Part shown: positions 1 through 10,238 of the stretch, in pieces
Layout of the letters: the number at the start of each line of letters is the position of its first letter
Numbering within the stretch: the first letter of the stretch is position 1
Origin: Eledone cirrhosa
Taxonomy: Eukaryota
Assembly: GCA_964016885.1 (NCBI GenBank)
Contig: OZ024748.1
Location: 58,032,001 to 58,096,000 of the forward strand
Length of the DNA stretch: 64,000 nucleotides
Reading direction: 5' to 3'
The notes under the pieces: generated by a model
The model's database searches: none
Seen by the model: the letters and a program-made list of their open reading frames with translations, nothing else
What the model was told of the DNA's origin: nothing
Made by a program: the position numbers and the translations under genes

Positions 1-742
1 TACGGACTGAGTTCAAATTTCGCGGAGGTTAACTTTGCCTTTCATCCTTACGGGGTTGATAAAATAAAGTACCAGTAATACACTTTGATAGTTGCTGGCC
101 TTGTGCTAAAAGAAGAAACAATTATTTTAGGAGGCAGGTGTATTGGCAGTATCGGTAGAGGATCGGACGCCATGCTTTGAAGCAAAGAGTTACGGCCCTT
201 TATGCTCTGAGTTCAAATTCCACCGATGTTAACTTTGCCTTTCATCCTTACGGGGTCGATAAAATAAAGTACCAGTCACGCACTGGAGTCGATTTAGTCG
301 ACTTTCCCCTCCTCCAAAATTGCTGGCCTTGTGCCTAAATAAGAAACCATTATTTTAGGAAGCAGGTGGATTGGCAGTAACGGTAGAGAGTCGGACACCA
401 TGCTTTGAAGCATAGAGTTACGTCCCTTTACGGTCTGAGTTCAAATCCCGCCGAGGTTGTCGATAAAATAAAGTACCAGTAATACACTGGGTTTGTGCTG
501 GCCTTATGCCAAAAGTAGAAACAATTATTTTAGGAGGCAGGTGCATTGGCAGTATCGGTAGAGAGTCGGACGCCAGCTTTGCAACAAAGAGTTACGGCCC
601 TTTATGGTCTGAGTTCAAATCCCACCGAGGTTAACTTGCGTTTAATACTTACGGGGTCGATAAAGTAATGTACCAGTAATACACTGGGATAATTGCTGGC
701 CTTGTGCCAAAAGTAGAAAGAATTATTTTAGGAGGCAGGTGT
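1..742 (+). mobile_element. Head-to-tail tandem array of a tRNA-derived SINE (partial unit, ~3 units, start of another)
   Basis: Units start GGAGGCAGGTG at ~130, ~358, ~532 and ~731. Each has Pol III box A TGGCAGTATCGG, box B GAGTTCAAATCC, core AACTTTGCCTTTCATCCTTACGGGGTCGATAAAATAAAGTACCAG (resembles the Meta/Sauria-SINE central domain) and tail AGAAACAATTATT. Confidence 0.9.
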
Positions 743-1357
743 GCGTTTGTTTTTTATTGCCGCTGGCATACATGTGGGATGAGGCTGTCTTCTTTTCTCC
801 AACAATGATGTCAAACTTGTGAACAGTAATCTTGAGAAGGGAAGTTTACTGTTGATTGATTTGAATTTTGAAAGGAATATCCTACGTTCAGGAAACCATT
901 TTGCTTTCAGCTTTGCTAAATCGATCAATGAATTATAGACAATTCTAAGTAGTTTTAACACTTCTTCACAAATATTTTAATTATCATCATCCTCATCATC
1001 ATTATTCCCTTCATCTTGATCAAAAACAATATATCCTCCTGTTAATCATCCGCACCATCAGCAATAGCTTTCTCAAAATTGTCAGCATCATCATCGCTAA
1101 CATCACAATCATCATTACACTAGGCTCAAGCAGTCCCTATTACTCATTCTCATTAAAAACTTTGGATTCCTCCCCAGCCAGTTAATATATTGTAAACTTC
1201 AATAAATGTTAGGAGATTCTCCTTCATTGGAATTATTGTACACGAACAGATTTACCATTGAAACACATTATTTGTCCATTTCTTCAGAACGACATCTTTG
1301 GTTTAATAAAGTGACCTACTTGTCCAATGAGACTTACTTGTACAAATAGATGTGTAC

Positions 1358-1445
1358 GAAGAGACTTACTGAATTAAAAACGAGTGTTGGGATAATGTGT
1401 ATGAAGAGTCTTTACTGAATTAAAAACGAGTGTTGGGATAATGTG
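1358..1445. repeat. ~45-bp direct tandem duplication
   Basis: GAAGAG..TTACTGAATTAAAAACGAGTGTTGGGATAATGTG occurs twice. Confidence 0.85.
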
Positions 1446-2472
1446 CTGCCTTAATTGTGCGAATGCAAACCAACGCCATTAGGTTTCTCTTAATACAATT
1501 CTAAAAATGTCTAACAATATGTTTTTAAATTGATACGTGAAAACAAAAAGAATATCGGTTAAAATGCTGATTATAATAGGAAATACGTTGTTCACGATGA
1601 GCAGGAGAAAAGGACTAGAAAAATAGAAAAATGAATGAAAAACGATTAAAGATGTTTTGGGGTGGGGAAGTCTGACTGGAGTAACGTGGAACAAGAATGG
1701 CTGTATAGTTTATGGCGTACATTAACGGCTGAAACCTTCACAAAGTTGAAAACTCTAAACATATCCATGCATGATGATCAGTATGTTGCTAATAATAATA
1801 CTGACAATAATGATTAACGGTGAAAAATGACACGTTCGAACTTAAGTTAAACTGACAAAACCCATTTATCTTTCACTCCGCTACTGCTTTATTTTTCTTT
1901 GAAAATTGTCTACGGTGAGCGTTGAAGTGAATGTAACAGTTTTGTGAATTAGTGAATAAACCGTAACACTAATTCTATTTATTTTCCTTAAAATAGCAAA
2001 GTGATAGAGATTGTAATTATTTTACTTTAGGCAACGACAAATTAAAATATTATCTTTCTTGATAGATGTATTTAACTATTTATCGTGTAACTATATTCTA
2101 GTAAATAAGATACCACAGGCAAATTAGGATTCACCTAGAATTAGAATTTAAATACTAAAAGTACCGCACCATGTATTAGATACCATACGAAAATGTAAAT
2201 GGAGCCAAAAAAATTAAAATACTAATCTCAAAAGTTGTATTCGGGGAAATAGTACAGGGCAAGCCATAATTACCTTTCGAGGCAGCAATACAATTTCGTA
2301 AATTTAAAGTAATAAACGAAAATCGTAGCGATACATTGGATAATATGAAAAGACGGACGAGTGGGTAAAGGAAAAGTGTTCGGATCAAAAGTACACTCCC
2401 GGAAGCGCTGATTTATTAGTAAATTGAGAATTAAATGTAACGATAATTCCTTGTTATATATATATATATATA

Positions 2473-2684
2473 TGCTTGAAGGCGGCCGACCTGGCTAGAA
2501 ACTGGTAAATGTGTGGCCCCCTTCTTGTCTCTCTGCCTTTTCAGCCCCATGGATTATATTCCTTTTTTACATTTCGAATACCTGATGATGTCACCGGATT
2601 CATACTGAACTCGGTCATTGAAATGTTCATAGTTTAATAAACCTTTAAGGAATTACACCAGTCCAGCCTCCTGTTATTTTATAA
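2473..2684 (+). mobile_element. PLE pseudo-LTR remnant with two degenerate hammerhead-like motifs
   Basis: Lies between (TA)n runs. Motif 1 (~2475-2510): TTGAAGG-c-GGCC gacct GGCT-a-GAAA-CTGG-TA. Motif 2 (2582-2631): CTGATGA-hairpin-GAAA-TGTTCA-TA, followed by AATAAA. Confidence 0.5.
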
Positions 2685-2700
2685 TATATATATATATATA

Positions 2701-2948
2701 TACGATATTAACAAATGGAAAATATATTTATAAAACCATATCTATTTTATTATACATATTTCAAGGATACCATGTTAAATTATGGTATGCTTTCATCAAA
2801 CAAAATACAATATATACCGGTTTTATAAATAAATATTGACATACCCTTTCAAAATGCAACCGTTACTTTTGGAAGACATCGAGTGCTTTATATCAGTTAT
2901 AAAAATATTTGCTTGTTGTATCCCAACAATTTAAATATAACTTTTGCA
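2701..2948. mobile_element. PLE remnant family A (inverted hammerhead arm on -, terminal tail on +)
   Basis: Homologous to 8925-9140 and 34762-35130. Minus strand reads TTGATGA-aagcataccat..atggtatcctt-GAAA. Flanked by (TA)n on both sides. Confidence 0.75.
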
Positions 2949-2968
2949 TATATATATATATATATATA

Positions 2969-3380
2969 CGTGGAAAAGTAAGAAATTGGAGAACAGCCCG
3001 TTAACACATGTTTATTTAAAACAGCACCTACGTACGTTTCGCCCTGTTGGGCTTGTCAAGGGCATAAATAACCAACAGTGTTCCTTACATTGATCGGAAA
3101 GTGTTTTGTGGTTAACTTCACGTCATAATTCATTCTTCGCAAAAAAAAACGTGTTTTGATTTTGCAGTAGATCAAGGGACGTAACTCTGGCCGGTGTTAG
3201 GGCAGTCTTTCCCGAACAAATTTGTTATCCGTTACAAGATGTGGTTACAACCTTACCATTGTCAATACGCACAGGGTACTGCCGGCACTAGTATTGAGCA
3301 CCTTCTGCATACGCTATTTGGCAAATAACTACATGTATCACCTATCCTTCTTTTTTTCTCTCTCTCGATACGTGAATACT
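2969..3380. mobile_element. PLE remnant: degenerate hammerhead on - (3024-3064) and tail on +
   Basis: Minus strand reads tgcc c TTGACAA GCCC aaca GGGC GAAA CGTACG TA ggtg..AATAAA. GAGCACC motif at 3296 (+). TA-flanked. Confidence 0.55.
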
Positions 3381-3603
3381 ATATATATATATATATATAT
3401 TGATAATGGATGTGGAATCTGCAAACCTCTGTGCCACAAGTTCAAGTGTTATACAGAATATATGAGATCTTAAGTCAGAGCATATTAACAGTATTACCTT
3501 TCTTTCTCTAAACATGAATCAATAATACCATACATATTTTTTATTGTATGTGTATGTAAGTAAAAAACATTTTGTTGCTGCTGAATCGAACACATTGTGT
3601 ATA

Positions 3604-3963
3604 TCTCTATATATAAAACTGAGGATGTCTGTGTGTGTGTGTGTGTGTCTGCGTCTGTGAGTTTGAATCCCTAAAACTCGAGAAGAACCCAACTGAACTT
3701 TTTCAAACTTTACATGTGTATTACTTATGTTTCAGGGCGTGTTATGCACATAAAACGTTTTGATCCCCTCGGGTCCGCATTAGGTAAAACACTTCATTTT
3801 TTCAGCTTCATCGAGAAAAACCTTAAAGATTATCCAGCCATCAGAGTATTCGGTTTATTTTCTATACATATTGTCCAGGCATGCAATTTTTCCATGATTA
3901 GGTCTCTTGGCGGCTCGCGTTCCAAAATTCCTTATCCCGTGCAACGCCGGGTACCACTGTTAG
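3604..3963 (+). mobile_element. Non-autonomous Helitron-like element
   Basis: 5' A|TCTCTATATATAAAA, then (TG)n/GTCT microsatellite. 3' hairpin CCCGTGCAACGCCGGG followed by TTAG|T (degenerate CTAG). No TSD. Confidence 0.75.
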
Positions 3964-6449
3964 TTTATAATACAAGGATTTTGAGAACACTAGAGCTATA
4001 CCATTAACAAATATTGCTCTTAAATATGAGCTAAGTGTTCGTAGTTCAAACAGAAAACATGATAACTTGAGCGGTATCAAAATTACGTCTTTCAAGTCTA
4101 CGCATCTGATATGTGCGAAGGAAAGTATTATCTATCATCAATCCAGTGACTTAAAAAAATACCTGCAACTGCCGAGGCTTTAACATTATTGATGATTAAA
4201 CCTAACTAACATGAAGTGTTAGGATTCATAATGCCTCCAAAGTAAATGAATGCAATGTGACAAACAAAATAGGTAATCACCCGAGACTTGTAACTTATAA
4301 ATAGACGTAGATGAATAAATGGCAAAAGTGATCTGAACAATGACTTTATCATCGGATATTTTGATCGTCTCTAAAAGCATGCTTTGGGATATTGTCTTGA
4401 ACCATTGCCTTCTAATTTAATATGTCTACATTGTAATACATCGTTATTAGAAGGTTTCTTATTTAAATGTGCAATACTGTTAAAGATTTTAGCATTATTA
4501 TTATAACTAAAGTGTAAATAATAATTCTGCAAATAATAAATTATGTCACCACACTATACAGACAAGTAAAACGACTTCGTAATTATGGAAGCTGTGCTTT
4601 CAAAAAACAATAATTGATTAATCAGTAATGATAAACTAAATATACAGCTTCACCGTTACGAAATTTGTACTTTTTATAGTAACATATTTTAATCCATTAA
4701 TATCAAGACATGCTTTTTCTTTTCGGAAGTGTATGATTATGTAACATAGTTTAAAAGAAATATTTTCCCTTATTAGATTGAAGATATGTTCTCATACATT
4801 GTAATATGGTAGAACTTATGTTCTTTATAAAAATACATGTAATATTAATGCGTATCCTAAGTACATATATCAATAATTTAAATTATATTGTTTCTACGGT
4901 GTATTTGAGCATTGACCCTGTTGTCTATACGATGTTATTCCATTGTGTTTGCTAAAAATGTAAAGCAATCTTAAATTCAAACGTATTAATATAAATCTCA
5001 AACGCCCATTATAACATAATTGTTTTATCGTAATATTAATTTTTAATCATCTTGTAATCCTGTAGTTATCCACACCCAATAAGTCCTTTATTCCACCACT
5101 AACCCTACATCTTCAATAATATCCCTATGCCTTATCTATACATTCACGTGAACTGAATATGATAAATAAGTGTATACTTAACATGTCCTCCAAACATTTA
5201 CATTTAGAACCATCTTGAGACACATTCCCGTAGGTTTATATTGGCGAATACCAGAAGGACGTATAGGTTTCTTGAAAAATCGTAGATCATCTACCAATTC
5301 TAATTATATTACTAGATATGAAGAGTATATAATACGTTTGAAATTCATCTATTAGAATATGTATTTGAAATGCGAATTTATGTTGAATTCAATTTGGAGT
5401 GAATATTCATTCCAACATTTTTATTCTTACATTGGGGTGAACCGAATATAAATTGAATTATATTAGTAATATATCCATCATTATTATGTTAAGAATAAAA
5501 TGTGTGTACCATTTATTGGATTGTACATGTCTAAGTAAGCATTTACTGAAGACTAGCATCCTGTTATGAATTAATGATAATTGTTATTCATGATTATTAT
5601 ATTTCTTCTTTATATATATGTTCAGGGTCATATTAAAGAAAATTATTTGAAGTGCTGTTACCATGGGAGGTTACTGCTGGTGGAAAGTCTATTTTGTACA
5701 TCGTTTTTCTGTCTACTTTTTACATTGCTGTTCAAACAGCGTACTTGTCCGTATCAGAGCGTGTGTTGTAGACGTGATTTAATAGCTCACAAACGTTAGT
5801 GTTCTATATAAAGCGCTGCAAACCTGCTTTCTGCGGAATCGATATGCTGCAGGGAATAATTTCCACACTTATTCACTTATAAATATAATGCTGATATAAA
5901 AATCTAATTATATATATATATATATATATTTGCTTTCAGAATCATCCCATTTCTAAAATTATGTTTTATTTAATAACACGATGATTGATTGCCTACAATG
6001 TCTAGTACATTTAAAATCTGATAAATACACAACTCTCCTAACTGGCAACAGTTCAAAAGTCCGTTCAATATTCACATAAATCATAAAATTAATTATAATC
6101 GTCGCTGATTCAGAAAATTCTGACCCCTACATTTCACATTACTCCACATTTGAGTTGTATCCATCTCAGCGAATTGATGTATTTCCACCCTCTAGATATC
6201 ATAACTAAAATAGTAATCCACTAACCCACTAATCCTATTATCTCATTTTATTGCTATGTTGAGGATTGCGTATATTACTCTTATACTTGTTAATGCAGTT
6301 TACCAGAAAATAAAGAAATGTTCAATTATGAGCTGACACATATTAGAGACTTCAACATTGTATTTTCGAAACAGAATTTTCAATTTCAAATACGTGATTA
6401 CCACAATTAGGGATTTCGAAGAACCCTTTCAAAAGTACACTGGACACTA

Positions 6450-7062
6450 TCCTTCGCAGCATAGACCTTCGGCCCGTTATACACTGAGTTCAAATCCCGC
6501 ATTGGTTAACTTTGCCTTTCATCCTTATGCACTGGAGTTGATTTAACCGACTGTCCTCTCCCCCAGAATTTCTGGTTTTGTGCCTATATTAGATATCATT
6601 ATGTTATATGTAGCCCCTTATGGTCTGAGTTTAAATCCCGCCGAGGTTAACTTTGGCTTTCATTCTTATGCACTGTAAACGATTTAATCGAATTTCCCCT
6701 CCCCCGGAATTTCTGGTGTTGTGCCTGTATTAGATGTCACGGGGAATTGGCAGTATCGGTAGAAAGTCGGACGCCATGCTTTCCAGCATAGTTACGTTTA
6801 TTTACGGTCTGAGTTCAAATCCCGCCGAGGTCAACTTTGCGTTTCATCCTTACAGGGTCGATAGAATAAAGTACCAGTAATGTACCCTGTAATTGCTGGC
6901 CTTGTGCCAAAAGTAGAAACAATTATATTATGTGTAGCCCCTTACGGTCTGAGTTCAAATCTCGCCGAATTTAACTTTGCCTATCATCCTTACGGGGTCG
7001 ATTAGAATAAAGTACCAGTAATGTACTAGGTATGTGCTGGCCTTGTGCCAAATGTAGAAACA
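6450..7062 (+). mobile_element. Cluster of ~4 tandem, partly 5'-truncated copies of the same SINE
   Basis: Repeated GAGTTCAAATCCCGCCGAGG / AACTTTGCCTTTCATCC cores. The junction TATGTAGCCC(C)TTA recurs at ~6608 and ~6932. Confidence 0.85.
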
Positions 7063-7074
7063 TGTATAGCTATT

Positions 7075-7238
7075 GTGGGCGATTAGCCGAGTCTTATGGT
7101 AAATTAGTTCATCGATGCATGTCAGGAATAAAGCCAAAGCTAGCATAGGTGGGATTTGAAATCAAAAAGTGATGGGATGTAACTTTATATCATAAAGCAT
7201 GATTTCCAACGCTTTACCGATACTGCCATTTACCCGCC
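7075..7238 (-). mobile_element. Old, diverged SINE copy
   Basis: Reverse complement of the head GGCGGGTAAATGGCAGTATCGGTA...TTCAAATCCCACC. Confidence 0.6.
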
Positions 7239-7927
7239 TTTGCACATACATTTGATATAAAATGCAATGTTCTTCGCTGGATATTCTAGCAAATACCTAT
7301 CTTCTTTGTAATACAAGGTAGAAAATTATACAGAAAGGAATTATAATCATGAATTAATTTATGTATCGGTATTTATTATCTATAGGATTTATTGTTATAT
7401 TAGCAGCATGCACGGCTGCATATATATACACACAGTAGTGGTCGACAATAAGATTCAGTTTTAATCGATCTTTATCTTTATCGCAAATAGAAAACAATTA
7501 AACTAGAAAGATATTCAATTTCTTGTAGCACCTCCAACCGTAACATATACGGTATTTATACAATAAATTACACGTCGAGTGTAATTAATAGCTGTACAAT
7601 TCAGAAAATATTTGGCAAACTGCTTCAGCAACTAAATGTGAGGCCTAACATCATAACTGAGAACTACACGAGATATAATAACACAGGTTATATCTATCCT
7701 TGCCAGATATTTCGCTATGTGCATAAAGCATTTCCTATAATAATTCATGAAATGTGGTACATTAAAATCTGGAAGTTAATTGTCTTTGTTTATTTAGATA
7801 TATGTGTATGTGTGAATGAATTCTTACTTCCGAGAAATACCTGCTATTCCTTAGGATTAAATGCGTTATATCATATGTTCTAAACTTCTTTATTTAATTT
7901 CTCGGTTTATATCAGTCCAAAAGGATA

Positions 7928-8117
7928 TAATTGTTTTTATATTTGGCACAAGGCCAGCAATTACCCAGTGATTTACTGGTGGTTTATTTTATCGACCCCG
8001 TAAGGATGAAAGGCAAAGTTAACCTCGGCGGGATTTGAAATCAGAATGGCAAGGGCCGTAACTCTATACGTCAAAGCATGGTGTCCGACCCTCTACCGGT
8101 ACTGCCAATCCACCGCC
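7928..8117 (-). mobile_element. Full-length SINE with target-site duplication
   Basis: Complete head-core-tail on -. CCAAAAGGATATAAT occurs at both ends (~7917 and ~8116). Confidence 0.85.
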
Positions 8118-8127
8118 AAAAGGATAT

Positions 8128-8195
8128 AATTGTTTCTACTTTTTGGCACAAGGCCAGCAATTACCCAGTACATTACTGGTACTTTATTTTATCGA
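8128..8195 (-). mobile_element. SINE 3' fragment
   Basis: AATTGTTTCTACTTTTTGGCACAAGGCCAGC...TTTTATCGA. Confidence 0.8.
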
Positions 8196-8737
8196 GTTTT
8201 ACATATTCAGTTCATGAGTGCAGGATAATCATAACAATATAAAATATGGGTGGTAATACAAGTTAATACACTTCTCAATGATATGTAATAATGGTTGTAT
8301 TTTGACGTGTAACATCGATTATCGTATTCGAATGCATTGACGATTTTAGTTAGGAGAACTAGCATATTGCGAAATTTTACTAAGATATGCCATAGTAGGC
8401 TGTTATTTTTAGCCATGACAGCTTTTAAAACACTAATATATATTGTAGTATATATACAATACAGTAAATATAAGCGGAGGACATATGGAGTTGTGCATAT
8501 ATTTACTAAGCTGTTAAACATATATCACTGGGGTCTATGATTAGGTGGTGTGATTTCCACACAACCCTTGGCTCAATTTTCTCATAGCATTCAGAGATAA
8601 AAAGAAGCAACGTCTAATGTTTATCAATACAAGAGACGAAGAGATGTCAACATGAATGGACCTGTTATTTTTATCTAAATACATTTTTTCCAATTCGATC
8701 CCGCCCGACCCCTCACTCTATCTTATTTGTCATTCTT

Positions 8738-8773
8738 TCTTCTGGTGAAGGACATGCGTCCAAAACGTTAAGA
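8738..8773 (+). ncRNA. Degenerate minimal type I hammerhead in a PLE-type remnant (remnant extends to ~8860)
   Basis: tct t CTGGTGA a GGAC atgc GTCC AAAA CG TTA aga. Core deviates from CUGAUGA/GAAA at two positions. Ends at a TA-rich run. Confidence 0.5.
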
Positions 8774-8924
8774 CCCTCTTCCTGCTATATCAAGCGTTAA
8801 CCTAATATATCCCTTCCATATACTGTACCCATTGTTTTGTTATTTCTGTTTACCTTTTACATACATATACACATATATATATATATATACATATACACAC
8901 ATATATATATATATATATATATAC

Positions 8925-9140
8925 ATGTAAAGTTATATTTAAAATAGACTGCTAGCGTAAACCTCTTCAAATGAAGTTGATGTTTATTACGGTATGTCGA
9001 ATATATTTATCTATAAAACTGTTTATATTGTATTTTGTCTGATGAAGGCATAGCATATTGTTAATATGATATCCCCGAAATATATGTAATGAAATAAATA
9101 TGGTTTTATAAATATAGTTTTCCATTTATTTAATATTGTA
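8925..9140. mobile_element. PLE remnant family A (terminal tail on -, hammerhead arm on +)
   Basis: Homologous to the 2701 and 34762 copies; TA-flanked. Confidence 0.75.
9032..9095 (+). ncRNA. Type I hammerhead ribozyme (family A)
   Basis: attttgt CTGATGA aggcatagcatatt gtt aatatgatatcccc GAAA TATATG TA atgaaat. Core intact, stems partly eroded. Confidence 0.65.
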
Positions 9141-9165
9141 TATATATATATATATATATACATAT

Positions 9166-9200
<35 letters not shown>

Positions 9201-9201
<1 letters not shown>

Positions 9202-10177
9202 TGTTATACTTTGGGAGGGTCATGTTGCCAATACGAAACAGACGCGCCACCTGCTTTCACTCCAATTAATTATAAATACATTTTTTTTTTAATAAATTTC
9301 CGGTTGGGTGGTTGGTTCCACAACCGGACGGTTGTTCATATATTGTCAAAGTTCTTTCGTCACACATTATGTGACCTCTTCAGTGCCTGGGGATTCTTTT
9401 CTTTGTTTTGTGCCTCTCCTTTGTTCTGTCCTACGCTATCTTGTTTTTGTGTGTGCTGTGTGCTTAGTTTGCGCATGTGTTACATCCGGGTGTTTGTGTG
9501 TGTTTTTTATTTGTTTATTTATTTGTTTATTTACATGTTACTGGCTGTTTGTTTGTTCTATGTGTGTGTGTTTTCATTTTGTCCTTAATTGTAAGTTGTG
9601 ATGTTAATATTCTATTCATGTTTTCTATTTAATGTTGGTTTGAGTTCCTTTATGTTTATTGCCTCTGTGATTTGTCTAAACATTGCGTCTTTTATCGGAG
9701 GAGACGTGGAGATTGGGGGAATTTTTTTAATTCCGTATTTCAGTATTTAAGTAGGCCTGGAATGGCGTGTTGGCTCTACGAAATTTTATATCTTTGATCA
9801 TCTTGAAGAGGTCTTCCTCAAAAGGTTCAAGTACGCTGTTGGTGGGTGGTGCCTCATTCGTTTGAAACCGAACTTCTCATCATTGGTAGATGCTACATCA
9901 CGATGAACTCGTCCGTAAGCCTGATGATTGTTTTTAGGTAAAGTTCTCTTGAAGGGATCGGGATGTTCTTCATGGAGACATCAAGGTCGAGCATGGTCAG
10001 CATAGTTTCCTGGTGATGGTCAAGAGGGGCACTAGAATTTCAATGGGGCTTCCTGATATTTCTCACGAATGAAACAGTTCTAGTCCTGTAGAAGCTTTTC
10101 TATATTAAAACATTTATACTCTGCAACGTATCGAGTACCTTACTTACTGTTGTTACCCCCGATTGAACCCGGAATAA

Positions 10178-10179
<2 letters not shown>
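9201..10179 (-). mobile_element. Internally deleted or chimeric PLE
   Basis: Minus-strand translation from ATG at 10003: MLTMLDLDVSMKNIPIPSRELYLKTII...KFGFK / PPTNSVLEPFEEDLFKMIKDIKFRRANTPFQAYLNTEI*KNSPNLHVSSDKRRN (Hydra-type N-terminus). It abuts ITEAINIKELKPTLNRKHE* (GIY-YIG C-terminus), then a hammerhead and tail. TA-flanked. Confidence 0.75.
9344..9388 (-). ncRNA. Type I hammerhead-like motif
   Basis: Minus strand: ggca CTGAAGA g GTCACAT aat GTGTGAC GAAA GAAC TT tgac. Stem I has a mismatch. Confidence 0.55.

Positions 10180-10238
<59 letters not shown>

Noticed and set aside
1-742. tRNA genes or a CRISPR-like array
   Set aside because: Box A/B belong to SINE heads without a cloverleaf. 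There are no unique spacers or cas genes, and the context is eukaryotic.
745-1120. Acidic (GAT)n-rich minus-strand frame and 77-aa ORF
   Set aside because: Interrupted by stops with no identifiable family; probably a decayed repeat.
10050-10092. Hammerhead-like CTGATAT..GAAACAG..CTAGTC on +
   Set aside because: Core and stem I are too degenerate to call, although the position before a GAGTACC tail is suggestive.
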